NCBI RefSeq assembly: GCF_044704955.1 | Contig: NC_091999.1 | Span: 26,722,001-26,786,000, forward strand | DNA from: Pristiophorus japonicus | Lineage: Eukaryota | Direction: 5' to 3' | DNA: 64,000 bases | Shown here: piece after piece, positions 1-12,165 of the stretch | Position numbering within the stretch: position 1 is the first letter of the stretch | How the letters are laid out: each line of letters opens with the position of its first letter | Notes under the pieces: generated by a model | Told to the model about the DNA's origin: nothing | The model's database searches: none | Seen by the model: only the letters and a program-made list of their open reading frames with translations | Translations under genes and position numbers: made by a program

Positions 1-2730
1 GTGGGGTGGTTTGCTAGTGCTGTTGGGGAGAGTTTAAACCAGCTTGGCGGGGGGTGGAAACCTGAAAATAGATTCAGTAGGGAGGGGAGAAAAGCTAGAA
101 TTAGAAAGCAAAATTAAAGAAAGTGAGTTTGAAGGAGAGAGGAAACAAGCAGGAAAAAAATGCAAAAAAACAAACTGAAAGGCAGTTTGTCTAAATGCAT
201 GTAGCATTTGTAACAAAATAGATGATTTGACGGCACAAATAGATACAAATGGATATGATCTGATCGGCATTACAGAGACGTGGTTGCAAGGTGACCAGGT
301 CTGGGAATTAAATATTCAGCGGTACTGGACAATCCGGCAGGACAGACAGAAAGGAAAAGGAGGTGGAGTCGCTCTATTGATAAAGAATGGAATCACTGCA
401 ATAGTAAGAAACGATATTGGCTCAAATGATCAGGATGTTGAAACAGTTTGGGTGGAGATAAGGAACGATAAGCGAAAAAAGTCACAGGTGGGTGTAGTCT
501 ATAGGCCCCGTAACAATAGCTACTCTGTTGGTCAGCGCATAAACCAGGAATTAGTGGGGGCTTGTAAAAAGGGAACAGCAATAATCATGAGTGATTTTAA
601 TCTCCATATTGTTTGCACAAATCAAATTGGTCAGGGTAGCCTTGAGGAGGACTTCATAGAGTGCATAAGGGATGGGTTCCTTGAGCAGTATGTAACGGAA
701 CCAACCAGGGGGCAGGCTATCTTAGATCTGGTCCTGTGTAATGAGACAGGATTAATAAACAATCTCCTAGTAAAGGATCCCTTGGAATTAGTGGTCATAG
801 CATGATCTGAATTTGAAATTCAGATGGAGGGTGAGAAAGTTGGATCTCGAACCAGCGTACTAATCTAAAATAAAGGAGACTATGTTGGTATGAGGGCAGA
901 GTTGGGTAAAGTGGACGGGGAAAATAGATTAAAGTGTAGGACGGTTGATGAACAGTGGTGTACATTTAAGGAGATATTGCACAACTCTCAAGAAAAATAT
1001 ATTCCAGTGAGGAGGAAAGGGTGTAAAAGAAAAGATAGCCAGCCGTGGCTAACTAAAGAAATAAAGGACGGTATCCAATTAAAAACAAGGGAATACAAAG
1101 TGGTCAAAACTAGTGGGAGGACAGAAGACTGGGAAGCTTTTAAAAGCCAGCAAAGAATGACTAAAACAATGATTAAGAAATGGAAAATAGACTATGAAAG
1201 TAAACTAGCACAAAATATAAAAACAGATAGCAAGAGTTTCTATAAAAAGGAAAAGAGTGGCTAAAGTAAATGTTGGTCCCTTATAGGACCAGACCAGGGA
1301 GTTAGTAATGTGGAACATGGAGATGGCAGAAACTCTGAACAAATATTTTCTATCTGTCATTACGGTTGAGGACACTAACAATATCCCAACAGTGGACAGT
1401 CAAGGGGCTACAAGGGGGTGGAACTTAACACAATCACTAAGAAGGTGGTACTCAGTAAGATAATGGGACTAAAGGTGGATAATCCCCTGGAGCTGATGGC
1501 TTGCATCCTAGGGTCTTGAGAGAAGTCGCAGCAGGGACAGTGGATGCATTGGTTGTAATTTACCAAAGCTCCCTGGATTCTGGGGATGTCCCAGCAATTG
1601 GAAAACTGCAAATGTAATGGCCCTTATTTAAAAAAGGAGGCAGACAAAAAGCAGGAAACGCGAGACCAGTTAGCCTAACTTCTGTGGTTGTGAAAATGTT
1701 GGAGTCCATTACTAAAGAAGCAGTAGCAGGATATTTGGAAAAGCAAAATTCGGTCAGGCAGAGTCAGCATGGGTTTATGAAGGGGAAGGCATGTTTGACA
1801 AATTTGCTGGAATTCTTTGAGGATGTAACAAACAGGGTGGATAAAGGGGAACCAGTGAGTGTGATGTATTTGGACTTCCAGAAGGCATTTGACAAGGGGC
1901 CACGTAAAAGGTTACTGCACAAGATAAAAGTTCACTGGGTTGGGGGCAATATATCAGCCAGGATAGAGGATTGGCTAACTAACAGAAAACAGAGAGTTGG
2001 ATAAATGGTTCATTCTCTGGTTGGCAACCAGTAACTAGTGGGGTGTCGCAGGGAACAGTGCTGGGACCCCAACTATTTACATTCTATATTGAAGGACTTG
2101 GAAGAAGGGACTGAGTGTAACATTGCCAAGTTTGCTGACGATACAAAGATGGGAGGAAAAACAATGTGTGAGGACACATAAAATCTGAAAAAGGACATAG
2201 ACAGGCTAAGTGAATGAGAAAAAAATTGGCAGACAGAGTATAATATTAGAAAGTGTGAGGTCATGCACTTTGGCAAAACAAAATCCAAGAGCAAATGGAA
2301 AAAGATTGCAAAGTGCTGCAGTACAGCGGGATCTGGGGGTACTTTTGCATGAAACACAAAAGGATAGTCTGCAGTTACAGCAAGTGATCAGGAAGGCGAA
2401 TGGAATATTGTCCTTTCTGATCCATGTTTATGAAAGGATATACTTGCTTTGGAAGGTCAGAGAAGGTTTCGGGGATGAGGGGGATGACTTATGAGGAAAG
2501 GTTGAGTAGTTTGGGCCTCTACTCATTGGAATTCAGAAGAATGAGAGATGATCTTATCGAAACGTATAAGATTATGAGGGGGCAGGACAAGGTGGAGGCA
2601 GACAGGATGCTTCCACTGATGGGGGAGACTCGAACTAGAGGGCATATTTTAGAATAAGGGGCCACCCATTTAAAACTGAGATGAGGAGGAATGTCTTCTC
2701 TCAAAGGGTTGGAAATCTGTGGAATTTCCA
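1..2730 (+). mobile_element. CR1 LINE, degenerate ORF2 (APE endonuclease + RT)
   Basis: ORF fragments GITETWL, GVVYRP, LDLVL, QHGFMKGKACLTNLLEFFEDVT, YLDFQKAFDK, KFADDTK, LGLYSLEFRRMR; many stops and frameshifts. Confidence 0.95.
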
Positions 2731-3110
2731 GCAGCTGCTTCCAGTCCACTTTGGCTAAATCACATCTCAGCTTAGTAAAATTAGCTTTTCCCCAATTGAG
2801 AACTTTTATTCCTGGTCTATCCTTGTCCTTTTCCATAACTACGCTAATTCTAACTGAATTATGATCACGAGCACCAAAATGCTGTCCCACTGATACCCCT
2901 TCCACCTGCCCAGCTTCAGTCCCTAATACGAAGTCCAGAACTTCCCCCTCTCTTGTTGGGCTTGCTACGTACTGGCTAAAAAGTTCTGCTGGTTGCTGAC
3001 CCCTCTGCGAAGAGAAATAGCTCCTTCCTATCCAGTCTATGTGGGCCGCTCCTAATTTTATACACCTCATTAAGGTCTCCCCTCAGCCTCCTCTCTTCCA
3101 AAGAAAACAA
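2731..3110 (-). mobile_element. CR1 fragments (minus strand)
   Basis: PTREGEVLDFVL...DHNSV...NWGKANF and LFSLEERRLRGDL motifs. Confidence 0.8.
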
Positions 3111-3744
3111 ACTATTTAAGAGGGTTGGTGGGCTGGAGGAGTTACAGAGATAGGGAAGGGCGAGACCCTGGAGAGATTTGAACAAGAGTATGCGTATTTT
3201 AATAGCTGATGCCACCAGCCATCTCGCCCAGCACAGAATGTAACTCAGTACCAACAGGAAGGATGTTACTTTAACTACTACGAATGCATAATGTGGGGAA
3301 ATCAATCTCTGTCCCTTTAACTAACAGCGACATGGAAAAGGGGAAATTAATGACCTTTAAACAACTGGTCCACTTGGCACTGAAGTGCCTGAAACTCATA
3401 ATAGGAACTCCAAGAAAACAAAATGCTGACAAATGTTGAACTGTTTTGTTGACAAAAGAAATCTCGATTTAACTTTTAAAAGATGAATAGTGTAACAATG
3501 GTTCACACTGACTCACCTGACAGGCCGACTCAGGATCGATCCCTCAAGCACCACGATTGGTTGCAGAACACGCTGCTCCCTGTGCACTCCGGCTTCTGAG
3601 CTATCTTCCTTTGGTTCCCAGGGCAATCAATCACCACTCGCCAACATTACGTTGCCACATTAAGTTGAGGGACTCGGAGGAAGAAATAAAATGTGGCCGT
3701 GAATCTGAGTTAAGAAATAATATTAGTCGAGCATGATGATATAA

Positions 3745-4480
3745 ACAAGGATAGACAATATAAACTAAAGGGTACAATCCTAAAGTGGGTGCATGAACAG
3801 TGAGACCTGCGGGTATATGTGCACAAATCGCGGAAGGTTGCAGGACAGGTTGAGAAAGCAGTTAAAAAAACTTACAGGATCCTGGGCATCACAGAGTACA
3901 AAAGCAAGAAAGTTATGATGAACCTTTGTAAAACACTGTTTCAGCCTCAACTGGAGCATTGTGTCCAATTCTGGGCACCGCACATTAGGATGTGAAGGCC
4001 TTGGAGAGGGTGCAGAAAAGAATGACAAGAATGATTCATGAGATGAGGGACTTTAGTTCGGTGGATTGACTGGAGAAGCTGGGGTTGTTCTCCTTGGAGC
4101 AGAGAATGTTGAGAGGAGAATTGATCGACGTGTTCAAAATCATGAGGGGTCCGGACAGAGTAGATAGAGAGATACTGTTCCCATTGGTGGAGGGGTCGAG
4201 AACCAGAGGAGATGGATGTAAGGTGATTGGCAGAAGAACCAAAGGCGACATAAGAAAAATCCTTTTGCGCAGCGAGTGGTTAGGACCTGGAATGCACGGC
4301 CTGAAAGGGTGGTGGAGGCAGACTCAATCAAAGCTTTCAAAAGGGAATTGGATAAGTATCTGAAAGAAAACATTTGCAGGACTGGGGGAAAGGGCAGGGC
4401 AGTGGGACTAGGTGGGAGCCGGCAAGGGTTCGACGGGCCGAATGGCCTTCCGTGCTGTAACCATTCTCTGATTCTGTGAG
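3745..4480 (+). mobile_element. CR1 3' fragment
   Basis: LFSLEQRMLRGELIDVFKIM, RTRG motifs; CR1-type 3' end gggccgaatggcct...attct. Confidence 0.85.
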
Positions 4481-4669
4481 CAGAACCACTCTGTTCCCTG
4501 ACTCAATCTAAAGCCTTCCTGATTGTGAGCACCTCTGTTAAACCTGCCCTGCACCTTCACTGCTCCAAGGAGAACCACCCCAGATGCTGCAGCCTTCATC
4601 TTATTGAATGGCGACAGGCTCGAGGGGCCAAAGGGCCGACTCATCTCCTACTTCTGATGTTCTCATGTA

Positions 4670-6290
4670 TTCACGTCACTGGTCCTCATCCTGCACCTGC
4701 TCCCTGCAGTAAGATGGCCGCCGCACATGCTCCATGCCCTGCAGCGGGACAATGGAAAGCATTGCGATGTCGAGGAAGCCCCGCCCCTGTGGCTCCCTGC
4801 TTCCCGAGGCGGGCGGACCTCGGTCAAACTCCCCACAACCCCCGACAGTAACCAAGGCCCACTCCCCCCGAAGGTATCCCGTAACCGCCACCCGCCGACT
4901 TGGCGGCCAAATCTCCCCGACCGCGCGTGTCTGTGAGTATGTGAGTCTGCAGGAAGGCTGCACGTGCTGCTCATCCATCGTCCGCGGCAGCGGCAAAACA
5001 TTGTCCGTTCGTCTATCTGTGGCCAATCTCCTAAAATAGGCTGGCCCCGCGCCTGTGCACAACACCGCCCCGCCTCACCCGGCCCACCAAGCTCAAAAGC
5101 CGCGAGCAGAGCCCGCCAACAAACCGCCTGCTGCACTCAGCCCGCAGCCAATGGCAAGGCACCAACCCAACCAACGCATGCTGCTCCGCTCCAATCAGTG
5201 GCGGGGAGGGGCGCTGCACCAATCAGTCAATGGTTCCCCTCCCCTGAAGGTACTGACTCTGGCTGGGTTCAGTTCTACACTCACTGGTTCCCCTCCTCTG
5301 GAGGTACTGACTCTGGCTGGGTTCAGTTCTACATTCACTGGTTCCCCTCCCTGAAGATACTGACTCTGGCTGGGTTCAGTTCTGCACTCACTGGTTCCCC
5401 TCCCCTGAAGATACTGACTCTGGCTGGGTTCAGTTCTACACTCACTGGTTTCCCTCCCCTGAAGATACTGACTCTGGCTGGGTTCAGTTCTGCACTCACT
5501 GGTTCCCCTCCCCTGAAGGTACTGACTCTGGCAGGGTTCAGTTCAAAACTCACTGGTTCCCCTCCCCTGAAGGTACTGACTCTGGCTGGGTTCAGTTCTG
5601 CACGCACTGGTTCCCCTCTCCTGAAGGCACTGTCTCTGGCTGGGTTCAGTTCTGCACTCACTGGTTCCCCTCCCCTGAAGGTACTGACTCTGGCTGGGTT
5701 CAGTTCTACACTCACTGGTTCCCCTCCCCTGAAGGTACTGACTCTGGCTGGGTTCAGTTCTGCACTCACTGGTTCCCCTCCCCTGAAGGTACTGACTCTG
5801 GCTGGGTTCAGTTCTGCACTCACTGGTTCCCCTCCCCTGAACGTACTGACTCTGGCTGGGATCAGTTCTGCACCCACTGGTTCCCCTCCCCTGAAGGTAC
5901 TGACTCTGGCTGGGTTCAGTTCTGCACTCACTGGTTCCCCTCCCCTGAAGGTGCTGACTCTGGCTGGGATCAGTTCCAGACACAGACATCATTCACTTTG
6001 TTCCTGTATCAAGATGGCTGCGCATGCGCTGTGCTACTCACTGCATCAAGATGACCGAACGCTGAATCTCCCTTCCTAGACCAAGATGGCCGCCGTTAGA
6101 CTGGGCCTGTAACCGGGAGAAAGCCCCGAAGCTTCAACCGCCGATATTACGGTTATTATTCCCGGCTTGCGGCGGGCACGGGTTGTTTATGACGCCTCCC
6201 CGGCTTTCCGCTGGTCCCTTACTCCTCTCCCTCCCGTTGAAAAGGACTCTTCTGAGGAGCCTGTCCAAAACATGTGTTCTCCGCCATTAC
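4670..6290. promoter_or_regulatory. CpG-rich promoter-like region interrupted by a 54-bp array
   Basis: YY1-type AAGATGGC (~4711, ~6011, ~6083), NRF1-type TGCGCATGCGC (~6019), CCAAT boxes (~5148, ~5191, ~5219), GC boxes, high CpG; no linked gene identified. Confidence 0.4.
5228..5977. repeat. 54-bp tandem minisatellite, ~14 copies
   Basis: Unit cactggttcccctcccctgaaggtactgactctggctgggttcagttctgcact; starts at 5282 and 5336 give period 54. Confidence 0.97.
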
Positions 6291-6309
6291 ATTAAATTGT
6301 GACGAACCC

Positions 6310-7545
6310 TTGCTGTACATGCCCTGGGATTCTTTAGGACCGTGCCGAAGGAGCTTTACTCTGTATATGCCCTGGGACTGTGTAGAGAGAGATTTACTCC
6401 GTGTTTAAGCCGTGCTGTACTTCACCTTAGTGTTTGATGAAGCAGAGTAGAGGGAACATTACTCTGTAACTATCCTCTTTTATACCTGCCCTGTGAGTGT
6501 TTGATTTGTCAGCGTAGAGGGAGCTTTAGTCTGTGTCGAACCCATGTCGTACTTGCCCTGGGAGTGTTTAATAGGACAGTACAGAGGGAGCTTTATTCAG
6601 TATCTGCCCCGCGCTGTACCTGCCCTGGGAGTATTTGTCGGGTCAGTGCAGAGGGAGAAATTATTCTGTATTTATCCCGTTCTGATCCTGCCATGGAGTG
6701 TTTGTGGAAGATATACTCCGGGTCTGACCGTGCTGTACCGGCCCGGGCCGTGTTTGATGGGACAGTGTAGAGGGAGCTTTACTCTGTATCTCATCAATGC
6801 AGTATCTACTCTGGAATTCTTGGGACAGTGCAGCGGCAGATATATTCCATATTTAATCTTTGTTGTACCTGCCCTTGGAATGTCTGGGGGCACAGCCTCA
6901 AAATACGGGGGAGTCAATTTAAAACCGAGTTGAGAAGGAATTTATTCTCCAAGAGGGTTGTGAATCTGTGGAATTATCTCCCCAAGGAAGCAGTTGAGGC
7001 TAGCTCATTGAATGTATACAAATCACAGATAGATAGATTTTTAACCAATAAGGGAATTAAGGGTTATGGGGAGCGGGCAGGTAAGTGGAGCTGAGTCCAC
7101 GGCCAGATCAGCCGTGATCTTGTTGAATGGCAGAGCAGGCTCGAGGGTCTAGATGGCCTCCTACTGTTCCTAATTCTTATGTTCTTATGTATGTCTGGTG
7201 GGACAGTGTCGAGGGAGCTTTACTCTGTATCTAAGCAAGGTGAGTATATTCTTCCTTCGATTAGGAGACCAAAACTGTGCACAATACTCCAGGTGTCGTC
7301 TCACCAATTCACTGTACAATTGTAGAGCGAGCTTTGAGAGAGGATTACCTTGTATCTAAATTGTACTGTACCTGCCCTCGGAGAGTTTATTTGGAAAGTA
7401 TAGAGGGAGCTTTACTTAGTATCCAACTAATGCAGTACCTGCCCTGGGCGTGTTTGATTGGACAGTGTAGAGGGAGCTTTACTTTGTGTCAAACCCGTGC
7501 TGTACTTGCCCTGGGGGTGTTTGATGGGACAGTGTAGAGGGAGCA
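6310..7545. repeat. 67-bp satellite array, interrupted by CR1 pieces
   Basis: Unit ~tgtagagggagctttactctgtatctaacccgtgctgtacctgccctgggagtgtttgatgggacag; starts at 7466 and 7533 give period 67. Confidence 0.9.
6885..7191 (+). mobile_element. CR1 3' end inserted in the 67-bp satellite
   Basis: GHSLKIRGSQFKTELRRN...KGYGERAGKWS* followed by (ttcttatg)n tail; same family as 38695-39390. Confidence 0.9.
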
Positions 7546-7569
7546 TTCTTGACTGAATCAGGAGTTTGT

Positions 7570-7740
7570 GTGTTCTTGGCTGACACTCAGTTGCAGTACT
7601 GGGGGAATTTTGCATTGTTGAAGCTGTTGACTTTCGGATGAAACGTTAAATTGAAGCTCCGTCTGCACTCTTGGGTGGATGTGAAAATTCCCAGAGCATT
7701 GCTCGAAAAAGAATAGGAGAGTTGCCCCCGTGTCAATATT
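7570..7740 (+). mobile_element. Deu-domain SINE fragment
   Basis: ctttcggatgaaacgttaaa...ggtggatgtgaaaattccca resembles the longer copy at 45770-46200. Confidence 0.65.
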
Positions 7741-7827
7741 GCGAAAAATGTTCGAAAATGTTCACTGTAACCCGTGTGTCTGTGGGGGTGGAGTTAAAGC
7801 CCAGATTCTCATAGAGACAGAATCCGG

Positions 7828-7910
7828 CTATGGATGGACGAGTGGTTAATGCGTCGGACTTGAAATGCGATAGTTTTATATCCACGTGGGTTCGTATCCC
7901 AGTCCTGGTA
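7828..7910 (+). pseudogene. tRNA pseudogene (Leu-TAA-like body, anticodon reads TGA)
   Basis: A-box tggacgagtgg, anticodon arm tcgga-CTTGAAA-tgcga, long variable arm, B-box ggttcgtatccc, 3' end cctggta; acceptor and anticodon stems are mismatched. Confidence 0.7.
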
Positions 7911-8039
7911 ATTCCTTAATTTAACAGCAAATGTTTCCCATCCTGCTCAGTGATACCCGATTTTAATCTTTTGAATCTGCATTTTTCTGTAACTCTGTGA
8001 CACTCTGAGCCGATAATGAAATAAAATTGTGAAATATAT

Positions 8040-8718
8040 CTGTGTCGCTCAGTCTATGCCTCTCTCTCTCTTTGGAGAGATTTGTATGCGTTTGTGTGTT
8101 TGAGTCTTTGTCTCTCTCAGTCTGCATCTCTCTGACTCACTCTGTTTGTCCCTGTTTCTTTGTTTGTCTCTGTCTCTCAATCTATCTCTTTCTCACGGTG
8201 TCCATTTCTGTTCCAATGGGATTCTCTCAGACTCTCTGTCTGACTGTCTCTGTCTTTCCCATTACCTCTGTCTGTCCATGTCTTTGCCTGTCTCTGTTAG
8301 TCCCTGTCTGAAACCTGATGAGTATTTCCATCATTTTCTGTTTTTGTCTCTAACTCTCTCTCTCTACCTGTCTTTCTCTCTATCAATCCCCCTCTCTTTG
8401 TCTCTGTATTTCTCTGTCATTCCAGCACTATTTGCCTCCCTCTCTTTATGGAGCACGCAAACACATCTCTGTGTATGTATGTGTTTGAGTTTTTGTCTCA
8501 CTCAGTCTAGACCCTCCCTCTCAGTCTCAACTTTCTGTCTCTCTTTATCTCTATCTCACTGTCTGTCTCTCCCTGTTTCGCTGTTTATCTCTGTCTCTCA
8601 ATGTGTCTGTCTCTTTCACATGGTGTCCAGTTCTGTTCCAATGTGATTCTCTCAGTCACTCTGTCTGAGTGTCTCTCTCTTTCCCATCATCTCTGTCTAT
8701 CTATGTCTCTGACTGTCT
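8040..8718. repeat. TC/TG-rich low-complexity region
   Basis: Degenerate (tctg/tctc)n. Confidence 0.9.
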
Positions 8719-8719
8719 G

Positions 8720-10440
8720 AATAACCGGTCTATAATTCCCTGTTTTCTCTCTTCCTCCTTTTTTAAAAAGTGGTGTCACATTTGCTACCCTCCACTCCAT
8801 AGGAACTGATCCAGAGTCAATGGAATGTTGGAAAATGACTGTCAATGCATCCGCTATTTCCAAGGCCACCTCCTTAACTATTCTGGGATGCAGTCCATCA
8901 GGCCCTGGAGATTTATCGGCCTTCAATCCCATCAATTTCCTAAACACAATTTCCCGACTAATAAGGATTTCCCTCAGTTCCTCCTTCTTACTAGACCCTC
9001 TGACCCCTTTTATATCCGGAAGCTTGTTTGTGTCCTCCTTAGTGAATACCGAACCAAAGTACTTGTTCAATTAGTCTGCCATATCTTTGTTCCCAGTTAT
9101 GACTTCCCCTGATTCTGACTGCAGGGGACCTACATTTGTCTTTACTAACCTTTTTCTCTTTACATATCTATGGAAGCTTTTGCATTCCATTTTAATGTTC
9201 CTTGCAAGCTTCCTCTCGTACTCTATTTTCCCTGTCCTAATCAAACTGTTTGTCCTCCTCTGCTGAGTTCTAAATTTCAGCCAGTCCCCTGGTTCGCTGC
9301 GATTTCTGGCCAATTTGTATGCGACTTCCCTTGGCTTTAATACTGTCCCTGATTTCCCTTGATAGCCATAGTTGAGCCACCTTCCCTTTTTTATTTTTAC
9401 GCCAGACAGTGATGTACAATTGTTGTAGTTCATCCATGCGGTCTCTAAATGTCTGCCATTGCCCATCCACAGTCAACCCCTTAAGTATCATTCGTCAATC
9501 TATCCTAGCCAATTCACGCTTCATACCTTCAAAGTTACCCTTCTTTAGGTTCTGGACCATGATCTCTAAATTAATTGTTTCATTCTCCATCCGAATGTAG
9601 AATTCCACCATATTATGGTCACTCTTCCCCAAGGGGCCTCGCACAACGAAATCGCTAATTAATCCTCTCTCATTATACAACACCCAGTCTAAGATGGCCT
9701 CCCCGCTAGTTGGTTCCTCGACATATTGGTCTAGAAAGCCATCCCTTATGCACTCCACGACATCCTCCTCCACCGTATTGTTTCCAGTTTGGTTAGCCCA
9801 ATCTATATGCATATTAAAGTCACCCATGATAACTGCTGCACCTTTATTGCATGCACCCCTAATTTCCTGTTTGATGCTCTCTCCAACATCACTACTACCG
9901 TTTGGAGGTCTGTACACATCTCGCACTCGCGCTTTCTGCCCTTTGGTATTCTGTAGCTCCACCCATACCGATTCCACATCATCCAAGCTAATGTCTTTCC
10001 TTACAATTGCATTAATTTCCTCTTTAACCAGCGATGCCACTCCGCCTTCTTTTTCTTTCTGTCTATCTTCCTAAATGTTGAATACCCTTGGATGTTGAGT
10101 TCCCAGCCTTAATCACCCTGGAGCCATGTCTCCGTGATGCCAACCACATCGTATCCGTTAACTGCTATCTCCACAGTTAATTCATCCATCTTATTCCGAA
10201 TACTCCTCGCATTGAGGCATAGAGCTTGCCTTTTTAACACACTTTGTCCCTTTAGAATTTTGCTGCAAAATGGCCCTTTTTGTTTTTTGCCTTGGGTTCC
10301 TCTGCCCTCCACTTTTACTCATCTCCTTTCTGTCTTTTGCTTCTGTCTCCATTTTGTTCCCTCTGTCTCCCTGCATTCGTTCCCATTCCCCTGCCATATT
10401 AGTTTAACTCCTCCCCAACAGCACTAGCAAACACTCCTCC
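8720..10440 (-). mobile_element. CR1 LINE fragment (endonuclease to start of RT)
   Basis: Highly similar to 43680-45400; GITETWL, GDFN, SDHNMV, KSPGPDG, NYRPV; frameshifts and stops. Confidence 0.95.
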
Positions 10441-12165
10441 TGGATCCTGCTTATTTACACACTGAATTAATTTAATTACTTTGTTTTTATTCAAATGGTT
10501 ATTTATAATTATATTAATTAATTAGTAATTATAGTTAAATTATTAATTTAATAAAGTATTGTTATTGCTCCCAGGTCTTAGTGTGGACCAAACTTCGAGA
10601 AAAAAGGTAAAACTCACCAAACGTTCATCTACCTGCTGTATTTTGGAGGCCAAAGCAGCACCTCCTTCAACCATTGTTCCCATTCAAACTCTCACCAAAT
10701 TCCGTTTAATATCACTGTGCAGAACACACTGTGCATCAGCAGTTAGTCTTTAGTTTTATACCATTGGAGCCACACACAAGTTACAAGTGCTGTCTCAGCT
10801 CCATGCCCATTGCTCGCAGTAATTAGCACATATTTAAGACTAACACTTACAGCTGACTGATAGTTAACTACCAGTAACAGGCAGTTTCTGCTAACTTCTG
10901 TTTTTAAAGTTCTAACTTCAATTCAAAACGTTAATCCAAATGTCCCTTTTTACAGCTAATACTCAGCCAGACTCACCACGGACTTACCACGGAATCTCAC
11001 TTTCTCTCCGTTCCCAAGTTTAGCACTCTCTTTGTGCACTCCGTTTAAGATCAGGATGTGATGATAGAGTAAGCTCTGACATGCTTTGCTGGGCCGAAAG
11101 GGTCCGGGTGGGGAAGGTCGCTCTGTAAATTTGCAGTCCACAAGCAGATGGGCTGCTAAGTCCCAGCACCCCCAGGGAAACCTCAGGGCAACCGCCTCAG
11201 ACCAGTTTGTAGCCGCGAGCAACGAATGGCCTATTTCTGTGCTGCAGACATAAGTAACTCTTTGTAAAGTGAGGTGTGAAGGAGAAGGGATGTCTGAAAT
11301 GCGATTCTGGGTCAACCACAGACCAGGGCGTGGTCAGAAGGGCAGGTCTGTGATGGCACAATGCTCAGGCACAGTGTCATGCGAGTTTCCCCGCTTTATT
11401 ACATCACACATACTGCAATACCTAGCAACAAAGCTCGTTACCACCCTCCCTGAACACTGCATATTATGGGCTATGTTTAGCACGGAGATTTTACAGAGAG
11501 TGAGGAGGAGCTGAGTTTAATGTGTGTCGAGTGTGTGCGGGGAACACTTCATCCTGCAGATCACCGCATTGTTCAGGCAAACTTACAAAGGAACGTTATA
11601 GTGGTGAATGTCACTGGGATATACTCCGTCTGCAGGAGACCCTTTAATCCCAAAGGTAGATTATCTGAAACAAGGATACGTCACTGTCTCCGGGCGCTGG
11701 GGCTGCTCACGTTAAACCCCACTGGGAGAAAAACACAAGGAGCCTGTAAAAGGATGAAAGCACTGACCTTTGAGCCTTTGAAACCTTCCCTCCCTGGCTG
11801 TTGTTTGGTCCCAGGCCATTTCCCCCCAGCTTTCCCTGGGAGTGCTGGGGACTGAGCGGCCCGCCCGTGGACTGAAATGTAACAGAGCCACCTTCCCCGC
11901 GCCGCTCCCTTTGGGTAAACACATCCGACACGAGCCTGGCTGTCGGTAGCTATATAAATCCGTCCCAGGCCGCAGCAGACATCTTAGCGGGGATAACATC
12001 TGCAGGAGTCCAGCGGGACTGATCTCCGTGGACTTCCCCACCTCTATCATTTTTGTTAGTCGCTGAATCCGCGCGGTGAAAGATGAAAACAGGCCTCACT
12101 GTGTGTGTATAACAGAGATGAGCGAATTGGGCAGAACACCCGCCCAAAACATTGTGTGATTCTTA

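Noticed and set aside
4964-6079. 371-aa ORF and antisense repeat ORFs
   Set aside because: Product of a stop-free 54-bp tandem repeat; no domain or splice evidence
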